A DNA stretch of 60,059 nt from an uncultured Alphaproteobacteria bacterium (lineage in GTDB: Bacteria > Pseudomonadota > Alphaproteobacteria > Methylaequorales > Methylaequoraceae). The first letter of the stretch is position 1. Every line of letters begins with the position of its first letter. Where the stretch lies: assembly GCA_902536485.1 (NCBI GenBank), contig CACAXP010000004.1, forward strand, positions 1-60,059, given 5' to 3'. Positions 1 through 10,259 of this stretch are shown piece after piece. The notes beneath the pieces were generated by a model. It did not search any database and was not told where the DNA came from. It saw only the letters and a program-made list of their open reading frames with translations. The translations under genes were made by a program, and so were the position numbers.

Positions 1-1073
1 TCATTACCTACTCTTGGAATAGAATACTTCTTCATTTTTTCAATCAAAGTTGTCCGATTTATTTTTAGGCTTTTAGATGCAGAAGTAACTGAACCATCGT
101 TTTTTTTTAAAGCACCTTCAATTAAAATACACTCTACTTCGCTTAAATGTCTTCTAAGATCAATTTTTTCTAAGTATTCAAACCAACTTTTATAGTTATT
201 TGGGTGAGGAAGAGAGTTATTATTTGAATCAGGTTCTTTTTTAGAATCTTTTATATCAGCCAATTCTGAAGTCATTTCCCATACATAATTACTTTCTTCT
301 TTGAAATCTGGTAAATTTATTCTTAGAAGATTCTCTCTAATGTTTTTTGCATTAATTTTTTTGTTAGCAAAAATAATTGAAGCTCTTTCGATTAAATTTT
401 TTAGTTCTCTTATATTTCCAGGCCAAATATATTCTTTTAGAGCAGCTACCGCTGAATCATCAAAAATTGGTAAATTAATTTCTTTATTCACACCTATTTC
501 TTTAAGAATATAATCAAGTAATTCAGGTATATCATCCTTTCGCTCTGCTAATGTTGGTATTTCGATTGGAAAAACATTGATTCTGTAAAATAAATCAGCT
601 CGGAAAAGGCCGTCCTCAATTTTTTTTTCAATATTTTGATGTGTGGCACAAATTAACCTTAAATCTAATTTTATTTCTCCTTTACCGCCTACTCTCTGGA
701 TTGTTTTTGTTTCAATAGCTCTTAGTAATTTTGCTTGAAGTGACATTGGCATGTCTCCAATTTCGTCTAAAAAAAGAGTTCCTTTATTGGATGTTTCAAA
801 TCTTCCTTCCTTTTTTGAATCAGCACCTGTAAAAGCACCTTTCTCATGACCAAACAACTCAGATTCCAACAGTTCTGACGGAATTGCAGCACAATTAACA
901 TTTACCAATTCACCCTTTCGATTTGAAGTTGCATGTATCGCTCTTGCTACAACATCTTTTCCACATCCTGTTTCACCTCGAAGTAAAACCGTAGAGTTTG
1001 AAACAGAAACCATGTTTACTAATTTTTTTAGTTGTTGAGTTACCTCACAATTTCCTATGATAAATTCACTCAT
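1..1073 (-). CDS. fleQ: sigma54-dependent activator FleQ (no N-terminal REC domain; 3' end runs off the window)
   Basis: Not in the ORF track; translated by hand from ATG 1073: MSEFIIGNC...GETGCGKD (Walker A)...NCAAIP...GAFTGA...LFLDEIG...WPGNIREL...[19 protein letters not shown] (Fis-type HTH). Divergent from the fli operon. Confidence 0.85.
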   Translation of the reverse strand, partial: MSEFIIGNCEVTQQLKKLVNMVSVSNSTVLLRGETGCGKDVVARAIHATSNRKGELVNVNCAAIPSELLESELFGHEKGAFTGADSKKEGRFETSNKGTLFLDEIGDMPMSLQAKLLRAIETKTIQRVGGKGEIKLDLRLICATHQNIEKKIEDGLFRADLFYRINVFPIEIPTLAERKDDIPELLDYILKEIGVNKEINLPIFDDSAVAALKEYIWPGNIRELKNLIERASIIFANKKINAKNIRENLLRINLPDFKEESNYVWEMTSELADIKDSKKEPDSNNNSLPHPNNYKSWFEYLEKIDLRRHLSEVECILIEGALKKNDGSVTSASKSLKINRTTLIEKMKKYSIPRVGN

Positions 1074-1090
1074 AATATTATTAGAAATAA

Positions 1091-1106
1091 TGTCAGAAAA
1101 ATGACA
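1091..1106. promoter_or_regulatory. FleQ-type upstream activating site TGTCA-N6-TGACA
   Basis: TGTCAGAAAAATGACA matches the Pseudomonas FleQ box GTCA-N6-TGAC; about 100 bp upstream of the fleT -24 element and 18 nt before the fleQ start. Confidence 0.65.
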
Positions 1107-1146
1107 ATATTCAAATTGTAAAAAAAATAAAAAAAATAGGTGTCTG

Positions 1147-1159
1147 TAAGTTATTGTAA
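1147..1159 (-). promoter_or_regulatory. IHF-like site
   Basis: TTACAATAACTTA resembles WATCAA-N4-TTR and lies between the UAS and -24; the same 10-mer CAATAACTTA occurs in the fliO promoter (11707-11716). Confidence 0.4.
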
Positions 1160-1200
1160 AAATTGATAAAATTAAAAAAATTAAATTATCTTTTACATAT

Positions 1201-1216
1201 TGGTAAGTTTCTTGCT
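1201..1216 (+). promoter_or_regulatory. sigma54 -24/-12 promoter of fleT-fliEFGHIJ
   Basis: TGGTAAGTTTCTTGCT, exact GG-N10-GC. Confidence 0.8.
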
Positions 1217-1245
1217 TCTAGATCTACAAATATAACTAAAGGTTT

Positions 1246-2397
1246 ATGATGAAAGATATATATATTATTAAAGATTTTTTTGAAAAATCAGAGGAAGTTT
1301 ATGAATTTTTAAAAAATAAAAACTGTAATGTAAATTTAATAGAAAAAAAAGAAACTTTAAATTTTGAAAAAAACAAGTCTACTATTGTTTGCTCAAAAAA
1401 ATTTCAAGAGAGTATCGGAGGAAAATCAGAAGTTTTAAAAATCTCGAGAAAAATTGGTAGTACCAATATAATTGTGTTGGACAATTTTAATGCCAAATAT
1501 GCTATTCTCAGTGAACTAGGTGGGGCTTACTTAGAAATTTCTTTTTCGCGGTTTGATGAAGTAATTAATGAGGTTATTTTTCAAGTAATAGAATCAGAAA
1601 AATATAGTTTCTCAGACCCAAAAACAGAAAATCTTATAAGCTTAGCAAAAAAAGTTGCTGAAACAGATGTCACAGTTTTTATTCATGGTCCTACAGGTAC
1701 AGGAAAAGAAGTTATTTCTAGTTTTATACACCAAAACTCTAAAAGAGAAGAAAAACCTTTTGTGGCAATTAACTGTGCTGCAATTCCTGAAAATATGCTT
1801 GAAGCTATGCTTTTTGGCCATGAAAAGGGTGCGTTTACAGGAGCATCGTCAGCTAATAAAGGAATTTTTCGTGCTGCCGATAGTGGAACTTTGCTGTTGG
1901 ATGAAATTTCTGAGATGCCACTCTCACTTCAAGCAAAGTTACTAAGAGTTCTTCAAGAAAAAAAAGTAACGCCAATAGGTGGACAGAGAGATATTGATGT
2001 TGATGTTAGAGTAATTGCAACAACTAATAGAGATATGATAACTGAAGTTAAGGAAAAAAAGTTTCGTGAAGACCTCTATTATAGATTAAATGTTTTTCCA
2101 CTTGAGACGCTAAATTTATCAGAACGGCCTAACGATATTATTCCAATTAGTGTTGCTTTGTTAAGAAGACATACTGATTTTGATAAAATTCCATATATTA
2201 CAGAAAACGCTCAAAAAATTCTTACTGATTATGCTTGGCCAGGAAATGTTCGCGAGCTAGAGAATGTTCTTCAAAGAGCTATAGTTTTATCAGAAAATAA
2301 TATTATTGATGAAAGAAATATTATGATTGATTTAAATAAACACAAAAATCTTTACCAAAACTTTAATGAACATAACGAAAAGGCAGCAGTAATTTAG
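1246..2397 (+). CDS. fleT: sigma54 activator FleT (AAA+ domain, no C-terminal HTH)
   Basis: GPTGTGKE, GAFTGA, LLLDEISE, WPGNVREL; protein ends right after the AAA+ domain; first gene of the fliE-J operon as in R. sphaeroides Fla1. Confidence 0.8.
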   Translation: MMKDIYIIKDFFEKSEEVYEFLKNKNCNVNLIEKKETLNFEKNKSTIVCSKKFQESIGGKSEVLKISRKIGSTNIIVLDNFNAKYAILSELGGAYLEISFSRFDEVINEVIFQVIESEKYSFSDPKTENLISLAKKVAETDVTVFIHGPTGTGKEVISSFIHQNSKREEKPFVAINCAAIPENMLEAMLFGHEKGAFTGASSANKGIFRAADSGTLLLDEISEMPLSLQAKLLRVLQEKKVTPIGGQRDIDVDVRVIATTNRDMITEVKEKKFREDLYYRLNVFPLETLNLSERPNDIIPISVALLRRHTDFDKIPYITENAQKILTDYAWPGNVRELENVLQRAIVLSENNIIDERNIMIDLNKHKNLYQNFNEHNEKAAVI

Positions 2398-2419
2398 TCA
2401 AATTGAAAGGATAAAGTTT

Positions 2420-2764
2420 ATGAAACCAAATCTTACCACAGTATTTAAGCCTGATTTAGTAAAGGCTAACAACAATCAGGAACAAATCAAAAATATTCAA
2501 GAAGATGTTGCAAATTTAACACCTAAAATTGATGAACAAAAAGATAATGATTTTTTAGAAAGTATTAAAAATGCAATTGGTGATGTTTCTGATGGACAGC
2601 TAAAAAGTGCTGAATTAACAAAAAACTTTGAGCTGGGATTAGAAAATGACCTAACTAAGGTCATGATTAATCAACAATTAGCTAGTCTTGGCTTTCAAAT
2701 GACACTCAATGTAAGAAATAAAGTTTTAACAGCATATAAAGATATAATGAATATGCCGGTTTAA
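2420..2764 (+). CDS. fliE: flagellar hook-basal body protein FliE
   Basis: C-terminal VRNKVLTAYKDIMNMPV signature. Confidence 0.95.
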   Translation: MKPNLTTVFKPDLVKANNNQEQIKNIQEDVANLTPKIDEQKDNDFLESIKNAIGDVSDGQLKSAELTKNFELGLENDLTKVMINQQLASLGFQMTLNVRNKVLTAYKDIMNMPV

Positions 2765-2780
2765 TTTAGAGAGGTAAAAA

Positions 2781-4517
2781 ATGGCAGAGCAAACACAAAC
2801 TACAGAATTAGCAAGTAAACCTTCAACCAACACAGGAGGGGGACTAATTTCTAATATTGGTGACACTTTAGAAAAAATTAAAAGGTTTTCTAATGAACCT
2901 GCTGTTCAAAGATCAATTCCTGTAATGATCACCCTATTTGTTATTTTTATCGGAATGGTTTTTTTTATTTCTTTTAGAGAACCGTCGAGAACAACTCTTT
3001 TTTCTTCTCTTCCTGAACATGAAAAATCAAGAGTAATTGATGTTTTAAGATCAAACGGAATTGATGTTTCAATTGATTCGACTACTGGTGAAGTTCTTGT
3101 CCCGTCACCAGAATATTATGAAGCAAAAATGAAGCTAGCCGCCGAAGGTCTTCCTAGTTCTGTCCCTCAAGGTTATGATCTTTTAGAAAAAATTCCAATG
3201 GGAACTAGTAGATCAGTTGAGTTTATGAAAATGAAGCAAACGCAAGAGATAGAATTAGCAAGATCAATTAACGAAATTTCTTATGTTCTTGGTGCAAGGG
3301 TTCATTTAGCTATACCTGAAAGATCAGTGTTCGTTAGAGATGCAGGATCTCCAACAGCATCTGTATTTGTAAAATTAGCTGATGGAAGAGTTTTAAATCG
3401 AGAACAAGTTAGAGCAATAGTGCATATAGTTTCGTCTTCAATTCCAAATATGTCATCTGACAATGTAACAGTTGTAGATCAATATGGAAAACTTTTATCT
3501 AAACCTGAAGATGATCCAAATATTGCACTTACAGAAAAACAATTAAATCACAGAATAAAAATTGAGTCTCTTTATCGAGAGAGAATATTATCCTTGGTGA
3601 CACCTATGGTTGGAGCTGGTAACCTCACTGCACAAGTTAATGTAGAAATGGATTTTGCTAACACACAAGTTACGGAAGAAACATTTGATCCAGAGAGTAT
3701 TTCAACAAGAAGTGAGCAAAACAGTGCAGACGAATCAACTGACAGACCAGCTAGAGGTATTCCAGGTGCTGTAGCAAACCAAGCACCTTTAGCCGCAGAT
3801 CTTCAAATTGATACTCCAGTCGAAGGAACTGAACAGGAATTCAAACAAAGATCAACGTCAAATGTTAGAAACTACGAAGTTAGTAAAAAACTGAGTACAA
3901 CAATAGGACAAATCGGAAAAATAAGAAAAGTCAAAACCGCGGTGTTAGTAAAAAATAAAATCATACAAACTCCTGAAGGAACAGTTACAGAACCATTAAG
4001 CGATGAAGAAAAAGAAAAAATATCATCATTAGTAAAAGAAGCTGTTGGCTTTAACGGTGATAGAGGCGACAGCATAGTTGTCACCAGTGGAGAGTTTATA
4101 GAAGAATTAGAAGTAGTGGTAACAAAGTGGTACGAACAAGCTTGGTTTCAAAATATTGCGGGACAAATTTCAACTGTTTTAATCTTAGCAATCATAACTT
4201 TTGGAGCTTTAAAACCTCTACTTAATAGAATCCTAGTACCATCAGCTGGTGTTGCTGGAGTGGGCGGTCCTGGTGGTGCTATGTCAGAAGCTGATTTAGA
4301 AGCTGAAGAAGAAGGAGAGGTTGAAGTTCAAGAAGGAGAATCACTAGAAGATATTAAAGCGAAACTAAAACCAAAAAAAGCTGCTATTTCTGCTGAAATG
4401 CTTGATACAGCAAATACTTATGATGATAAAGTTGCAGTTATTAGAATGATTGTTGGAGATGAGGCTGGAAAAGTTTCAAATGTATTTAGACAATTAATGA
4501 AAAAAGATGCACTATAA
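2781..4517 (+). CDS. fliF: MS-ring protein FliF
   Basis: Two TM segments, EIELARSI, ARVHLAIP, PTASVFV, GIPGAVAN, RNYEV, AVGFNGDRGD. Confidence 0.97.
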   Translation: MAEQTQTTELASKPSTNTGGGLISNIGDTLEKIKRFSNEPAVQRSIPVMITLFVIFIGMVFFISFREPSRTTLFSSLPEHEKSRVIDVLRSNGIDVSIDSTTGEVLVPSPEYYEAKMKLAAEGLPSSVPQGYDLLEKIPMGTSRSVEFMKMKQTQEIELARSINEISYVLGARVHLAIPERSVFVRDAGSPTASVFVKLADGRVLNREQVRAIVHIVSSSIPNMSSDNVTVVDQYGKLLSKPEDDPNIALTEKQLNHRIKIESLYRERILSLVTPMVGAGNLTAQVNVEMDFANTQVTEETFDPESISTRSEQNSADESTDRPARGIPGAVANQAPLAADLQIDTPVEGTEQEFKQRSTSNVRNYEVSKKLSTTIGQIGKIRKVKTAVLVKNKIIQTPEGTVTEPLSDEEKEKISSLVKEAVGFNGDRGDSIVVTSGEFIEELEVVVTKWYEQAWFQNIAGQISTVLILAIITFGALKPLLNRILVPSAGVAGVGGPGGAMSEADLEAEEEGEVEVQEGESLEDIKAKLKPKKAAISAEMLDTANTYDDKVAVIRMIVGDEAGKVSNVFRQLMKKDAL

Positions 4518-4540
4518 CATTAGATTTAAAGGAAAAGTTA

Positions 4541-5590
4541 ATGGCTGAAAAAGAAAAAAAAGACGCAAATAATGAAGAAGAGTTATCACCCTATGATAGA
4601 CTCACAAGTACTCAAAAATGTGCAATATTGATGATGCTATTAGGAGAAGAAGAGGCATCTGAAATTCTTAAAAACTTGGGTCCAAAAGAAGTACAGCAAT
4701 TAGGAAAAGAAATGTACAATGTTCAAGGTTTAGACCAAGATACAGTTAACAGAGTATTAGACGAGTTTTTAGCCATCATAAAAACCCAAACAGACTTAGG
4801 TATGGGTTCATCCAATTATATTAGAAATGTGATGACAAAAGCTCTTGGTGAAAACAAAGCACAATCAGTTTTGGGAAGAATAACTCCCACAGAAAGCGAT
4901 AAACCAATTGAAATTTTAGATTGGATGGACGCAAGGTCAGTCGCAGAATTAATTTCTGATGAACATCCACAAATCATGTCACTCATTATCTCATATTTAG
5001 AACCAGGGACAGCAGCAGATGTTCTAGTTCTTCTACCTGAGGATGTCCAATCTGATATAATTCACAGGATTGCAACCTTAGAAACTGTTCAACCAGACGC
5101 TCTTGAAGAACTTGAAAAAGTAATGCAACTAAAATTTAAAACTAATACATCATTGAGAGCATCATCTGTTGGAGGGGTTAAAGCAGCTGCTGGAATTATG
5201 AACTTTACAAAACAAAACATGGAACAAAGAGTCATTAAAGCACTTGGAGAAAAAGATAGACACTTAGCTAAAGAAATACAAGAAAGCATGTTTACTTTTG
5301 AAACTTTAATTTTAATGGACGACAGAAGTATGCAAACATTACTCAGGAATGTCGATCAGGAGATCCTTATTATTGCTTTAAAGGGAACTGATGATGAATT
5401 AAAGGAAAAAATATTCAACTGTATGTCTCAACGTGCAGCGGCAAATATTAAAGATGAAATGGAGGTTCTTGGACCTATAAGATTAACAGAAGTTCAAGAA
5501 GCACAAAAAGCTGTTATAAACGTAGCAAGAACTATGTCTGATGAAGGTACCATTGTTCTTGCTGGCAGAGGCGGAGACGATTTTGTATGA
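4541..5590 (+). CDS. fliG: motor switch protein FliG
   Basis: EHPQ, GGVKAAA, MFTFE, MSQRAA, GPIRLTEVQEAQ. Confidence 0.97.
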   Translation: MAEKEKKDANNEEELSPYDRLTSTQKCAILMMLLGEEEASEILKNLGPKEVQQLGKEMYNVQGLDQDTVNRVLDEFLAIIKTQTDLGMGSSNYIRNVMTKALGENKAQSVLGRITPTESDKPIEILDWMDARSVAELISDEHPQIMSLIISYLEPGTAADVLVLLPEDVQSDIIHRIATLETVQPDALEELEKVMQLKFKTNTSLRASSVGGVKAAAGIMNFTKQNMEQRVIKALGEKDRHLAKEIQESMFTFETLILMDDRSMQTLLRNVDQEILIIALKGTDDELKEKIFNCMSQRAAANIKDEMEVLGPIRLTEVQEAQKAVINVARTMSDEGTIVLAGRGGDDFV

Positions 5591-6540
5591 TGCCGTTAAA
5601 AGAACAAACTACGGAAAATAAAGTTGAAAAAAAAGAAGATTCTGGAGCTTTGAAAACTGAAGAAATTCTTAGCCTTTTAAGCAAAACAAGACAAGACTTT
5701 ATTAAAGACCAAGAAATTTTGGAAAAAATCCCAAACTTATTCAAAAAAAAAACTTTAATTGAATTAGCCAATAATTCTGCAAACAAAAAGACTAAAAATC
5801 AGGAGTTAGAAAAGCCACAAATTCTTGAAAAAAAAGAAAACCAAGAATTAAATAATGAATCAAAAACTGATAAAGAAGAGATCTTAGAAAAAAAGATAGA
5901 TGAAAAAAAATATACAGAAATTGAAGCAAAAAACATGGCTAATGACTTAGCCAAGGAATATTACAATAAGGGTTATTATTTAGGGGTTAAAAAAACTAAG
6001 GAAGAACTTGAAAAGGGCGAGCAAGCACTTGCTGTTTCTTTAAAAAATATAACTGATAACATCTTTGTAGTAACACCTGAATTTTCAGAAAAAATAACAA
6101 ACAAACTAAATCAAAAAATTTCCAGTATAATTAAAGAAATATTAGGTTATGAAATCGATACAAAAACAGATTTTTTTATAAAAAAAATTAAGCAATTATT
6201 AGAAATCTTTGATGAAAATAATAAAATCGATATTTTGCTTAATGAAAATGACTACAATTCTGTAAAAAAATTTTGTAGTGAAAATAAAATAAATTTGAGT
6301 TTTTCACTTTTACCTGAAAAAGGTCTTCAACGTGGTGATCTCAAAATTAAATCTGGAACAATTGAGGTTTCTGAAGTAATAGATGATAAATTAAAGCTTT
6401 CTCAAAGTAGCACTATTAAAAAAGAACTTAACAATATGAAGAATAAGGAAAACTCTTTAATAAAAGAAGGGGATAAAGACCTTAGCAGTAAAACCACAGA
6501 AACTTTACCTAAGAAAAAAGAAGAAGATGCTAATAGCTGA
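5587..6540 (+). CDS. fliH: flagellar export protein FliH (divergent)
   Basis: Between fliG and fliI; AxxxGxxxG-like YYNKGYYLG and C-terminal LQRGDLKI. Confidence 0.8.
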   Translation: MMPLKEQTTENKVEKKEDSGALKTEEILSLLSKTRQDFIKDQEILEKIPNLFKKKTLIELANNSANKKTKNQELEKPQILEKKENQELNNESKTDKEEILEKKIDEKKYTEIEAKNMANDLAKEYYNKGYYLGVKKTKEELEKGEQALAVSLKNITDNIFVVTPEFSEKITNKLNQKISSIIKEILGYEIDTKTDFFIKKIKQLLEIFDENNKIDILLNENDYNSVKKFCSENKINLSFSLLPEKGLQRGDLKIKSGTIEVSEVIDDKLKLSQSSTIKKELNNMKNKENSLIKEGDKDLSSKTTETLPKKKEEDANS

Positions 6541-7843
6541 ACAAATGTTTTCTAATGTTGAAAAACTTTCTTTTTCAAACATTAAATCCTTTAAAAGTAG
6601 AATTACAAAATTTGATGGAAAAATTGTTGAATGTGACTCTTTTCCATCACCTATTGGTACTCTATGCAAATTACATTGTGATGACGGTACATTTGTAACA
6701 GGGGAAATTATTGGCTTTAGAGAGAAAAAAAACCTTATTGCTATCCACGAACAAAATGCAAATTTAGTTTCAGGGTCTTTAATTGAAGCATCTCAAGGAA
6801 GTTCAGAGATAGAAGTTGGTCAAAATATATTAGGAAGAGTAATTGATGCATTTGGACAACCAATTGATGATAATAATGAACTTTTGCTAGATGATACGTG
6901 GCCTTTAAGTGGAAAAAATATCAACCCAATGAAAAAAAATCCAATCAAAGAAACTCTAGATGTTGGTATTAAAGCTATTAATACACTATTCACAGTGGGT
7001 AGAGGACAAAGACTTGGAATAATTGCTGGCTCAGGAGTTGGTAAATCAATACTTTTGGGAATGATGACAAAATTTACAGAAGCAGATGTAGTGGTAGTTG
7101 CACTTATTGGTGAAAGAGGAAGAGAATTAGGAAATTTTGTATCTGAAGTTTTAAATGATGAAACAAAAAAAAGGACAACAATTGTTGCCGTACCAGCGGA
7201 TAAATCTCCATTATTGAGAATCAAGGGTGCTGAAAGGGCAACATCCATTGCTGAATATTTTAGAGCTAAAGGAAAAAATGTTCTTCTTATAATGGATTCT
7301 TTAACAAGAATAGCACACGCTAAAAGAGAAGTAGGGTTAGCGCTCGGAGAACAACCAACTTCCAAAGGCTACCCACCGTCAGTAATTTCTATGATACCTA
7401 ACTTAATAGAAAGAACAGGCACTGGGTCAGATAAAGAGGGCTCTATAACAAGTTTTTATACTATTTTAGCAGATTCTGACGATACCAATGATCCTGTAGT
7501 TGACTCTGCTAGAGCTATTCTTGATGGTCACATTGTTTTATCAAGAGAATTCGCTCAATTGGGAATTTTTCCTGCCATAGATGTAAACAACTCATTAAGT
7601 AGAGTTATGAACTCTATTATTTCCGAAGATCATAAAAATAAAGCAGAATTAATAAAAAAAATGTTTTCTATTTACCAAGAAAATAAGGACCTAGTTCTTA
7701 TGGGGGGATATAATCAAGGACAAAATGAACAAATAGATAAGGCATTAGAACTTTGGCCTAAAATTTGCGAACTTATAAAACAAGACTACAGAAGCAAAGC
7801 TAACTTTAAAGTGTGTCTTGATATTTTAAAGAGTTTCAATTAA
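6527..7843 (+). CDS. fliI: flagellar export ATPase FliI
   Basis: AGSGVGKS, LIGERGRE, MDSLTR, KGYPPS, ILDGHIVLSR. Confidence 0.97.
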   Translation: MLIAEQMFSNVEKLSFSNIKSFKSRITKFDGKIVECDSFPSPIGTLCKLHCDDGTFVTGEIIGFREKKNLIAIHEQNANLVSGSLIEASQGSSEIEVGQNILGRVIDAFGQPIDDNNELLLDDTWPLSGKNINPMKKNPIKETLDVGIKAINTLFTVGRGQRLGIIAGSGVGKSILLGMMTKFTEADVVVVALIGERGRELGNFVSEVLNDETKKRTTIVAVPADKSPLLRIKGAERATSIAEYFRAKGKNVLLIMDSLTRIAHAKREVGLALGEQPTSKGYPPSVISMIPNLIERTGTGSDKEGSITSFYTILADSDDTNDPVVDSARAILDGHIVLSREFAQLGIFPAIDVNNSLSRVMNSIISEDHKNKAELIKKMFSIYQENKDLVLMGGYNQGQNEQIDKALELWPKICELIKQDYRSKANFKVCLDILKSFN

Positions 7844-8248
7844 ATGAAGAAAAAATATAAGTTATTAACCGTTTTAAAAAAAATTAAAAAAAATAGTTTA
7901 TTTAATTCTCTAGGAACACTTCACAACGAAAAAAATAAATTAGAAAATGTAAATTCAGAACTTCAAAAACTACGTGATAAATCAAGTTTTAAAGAAGGTT
8001 CTGTAATAAGTTCATCGCAACTTAAAAGCAATTGCTATTTTAGAGCCGATATTAATGAAAAAATAGAAATTTCTAGAAATAGAAAGCTTCATATCGAAAA
8101 AGAAATTTCTGGATATGTAGGTCAAATATCAAAAGTAAATAAACAACAAGAAATTATACAAAAAAAAATTCATGAGGATTTTATAATTGGACAAAATGAA
8201 AAAGATTTGAAAGAACATCAAAATTTTAAAGTCAAAAGTGTTCTGTAA
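7844..8248 (+). CDS. fliJ: putative FliJ export chaperone
   Basis: 134-aa coiled-coil directly after fliI; called mainly on position. Confidence 0.6.
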   Translation: MKKKYKLLTVLKKIKKNSLFNSLGTLHNEKNKLENVNSELQKLRDKSSFKEGSVISSSQLKSNCYFRADINEKIEISRNRKLHIEKEISGYVGQISKVNKQQEIIQKKIHEDFIIGQNEKDLKEHQNFKVKSVL

Positions 8249-8256
8249 TGTCGTTG

Positions 8257-8272
8257 TGGCATTATTATTGCA
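8257..8272 (+). promoter_or_regulatory. sigma54 promoter of fliKLMN
   Basis: TGGCATTATTATTGCA, GG-N10-GC. Confidence 0.85.
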
Positions 8273-8284
8273 AAAAAATTTATC

Positions 8285-9577
8285 ATGAAAATGGTTATAA
8301 ATAACAAACTAGAAAGTAACAGTGAGCTAGTTGGCATCAAATCATCTGAAAAGGGATCAGATATTGACGCCCTTTTTGCAGAACTATTTGCTTTAGTTAA
8401 CCTGGATAGTATTAATTCAGATAAAACTTCTTTTCAAAATATAGATAAAGATGAGGCTAATGAACAATTTAATACAACTCACTCAAATAAAAATACCATA
8501 AATTTTACAAGGTCACTTGCAGAAGTTTTCTATAAAGAACTTGGAATTGACAATAAGTCATTGAATAAAGAACCTGAGGATAACAACAATCCCAAAATTC
8601 TTGACCATAAAGAAATAAATTTTAAAGACACAAAACACTCAGATTTATCTGCTAATTTAAAAAATATTGTTTCTCTTAGTGAAGGTAAAAGGGGAATTCA
8701 TTTCAAAAATAACCAAGAAATAAATCAAAATTTTAGTGAGGACAAAGCATCAAAAACACAGAATATAGAAATTAAAATAAAAAAAGTTGACAAAATTAAT
8801 GTTGAAAATGGAACTCTTAAGAGTGAACCCCTTAATAAAATAAATAAAAAAATTGAGACTGAGCAACCAAAAAACGTTAACTCTCATACAATTGTAAATA
8901 GAGTCAAGTCTTCAAAAGAAACGAGTATCATTCTTAAAGAAAAGAAAATAAATAAAAAAAATATTAAAACTATTGTTGAAAAAAATAATAATGAACAAGA
9001 AGCTATTCAAAATAAAATTAACAAAGAGTCACCTAGCAAAGTAATTGGAACCTTTACAAGAAATAATACTAAAAATTCAAATGAGACAAGTTTTGACTTA
9101 AAAAACTCTAATAATAAAACAAAATCTCTAGAAAAGCACGTAACAAATAACCAAAACTTTCATACTAAAGAAACACTTGACCTTCTAGAAAGCAGCTGGG
9201 GTGAAAAATTTACAAAAATAATTAAAAACTCAATGGACAGGGGAATATCAAAACTAAGTTTTGATTTGAAACCAAAAAACTTAGGAAAGATTACTTTAGA
9301 AGTAACTGTAAAAGATAGTAAAACTAGCATACAAATAAATACAGAAAATCAAGAAGCTGCTAACATACTAAATGAGAACTTGCCTAGATTGACTGATTTA
9401 ATTGAAGAAAAAAATTCAAAATTTTCTCTTCTAAATGACAGTAATAATCATGGCAATTACTTTAATCAGCAAAAACAAAAACAACATGATAAACAAGAAA
9501 CCACAGATTTTAAAAAGAAAGTAAACGAACTTAAAAAAATTAAAACTAATAATAATAGTATTGACGTTAATGCTTAA
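8285..9577 (+). CDS. fliK: hook-length control protein FliK
   Basis: Low-complexity N/K-rich body and C-terminal LKPKNLGKITLEV...LNENLPRL domain; upstream of fliL. Confidence 0.85.
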   Translation: MKMVINNKLESNSELVGIKSSEKGSDIDALFAELFALVNLDSINSDKTSFQNIDKDEANEQFNTTHSNKNTINFTRSLAEVFYKELGIDNKSLNKEPEDNNNPKILDHKEINFKDTKHSDLSANLKNIVSLSEGKRGIHFKNNQEINQNFSEDKASKTQNIEIKIKKVDKINVENGTLKSEPLNKINKKIETEQPKNVNSHTIVNRVKSSKETSIILKEKKINKKNIKTIVEKNNNEQEAIQNKINKESPSKVIGTFTRNNTKNSNETSFDLKNSNNKTKSLEKHVTNNQNFHTKETLDLLESSWGEKFTKIIKNSMDRGISKLSFDLKPKNLGKITLEVTVKDSKTSIQINTENQEAANILNENLPRLTDLIEEKNSKFSLLNDSNNHGNYFNQQKQKQHDKQETTDFKKKVNELKKIKTNNNSIDVNA

Positions 9578-9606
9578 TTAAAGTTTTATTTAGTTAGGAG
9601 TAAAAA

Positions 9607-10236
9607 ATGGCTGAAGATAATAATCAAGAAGAAGAAAAAAAGAGTCCAATAAAACTGATTTTAATGATTGTCGGAGGCATTGTGTTACTTGGTGCTGGAC
9701 TAGGCATAGGTATGTTTATAGGGGGAGATGATTCATCTGATCCTTCCACTGAAATTTCGCAAATTATTGAAAAAAAAGAAAACCCTGAAGTAACTGATGA
9801 AGAAAAAAAAGAGGGTGAAGAAGTAGCTGAAGAATGTGCAGAAGAAGAAAAGGATGCTGATGGAAATTGTCCTGTTGGTCCTAAAAAGATCCCAAAAATC
9901 ACTCCAGAACAGGAAATTTTTGCTACCACTTATTATGAGTTCCCTGGGAATTTTACTACAAATTTAAAAGATTCTAAAAAGTTTTTACAGCTATCACTAG
10001 GTGTTTCAACACAATATGATGAACAAGTAATGGCTAATGTTGACAGCCATCAACTTTCTTTGAGATCAGAAATTTTAACGATTATGTCAACTTTTTCTGC
10101 TGACGATATTGCAGGTAGAGAAGGAAAACAAAAATTAGCTGATGCTTTAAAAGAAGGAATTAATGAAGTTTTAGTCAAAGTTGAAGGGTTTGGTGGTGTT
10201 GAGAATGTACATTTTACATCATTTGTATTACAATAA
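9607..10236 (+). CDS. fliL: FliL
   Basis: N-terminal TM, FTTNL, C-terminal VENVHFTSFVLQ. Confidence 0.93.
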   Translation: MAEDNNQEEEKKSPIKLILMIVGGIVLLGAGLGIGMFIGGDDSSDPSTEISQIIEKKENPEVTDEEKKEGEEVAEECAEEEKDADGNCPVGPKKIPKITPEQEIFATTYYEFPGNFTTNLKDSKKFLQLSLGVSTQYDEQVMANVDSHQLSLRSEILTIMSTFSADDIAGREGKQKLADALKEGINEVLVKVEGFGGVENVHFTSFVLQ

Positions 10237-10259
10237 AATTATAATGATTGGATTTGACA

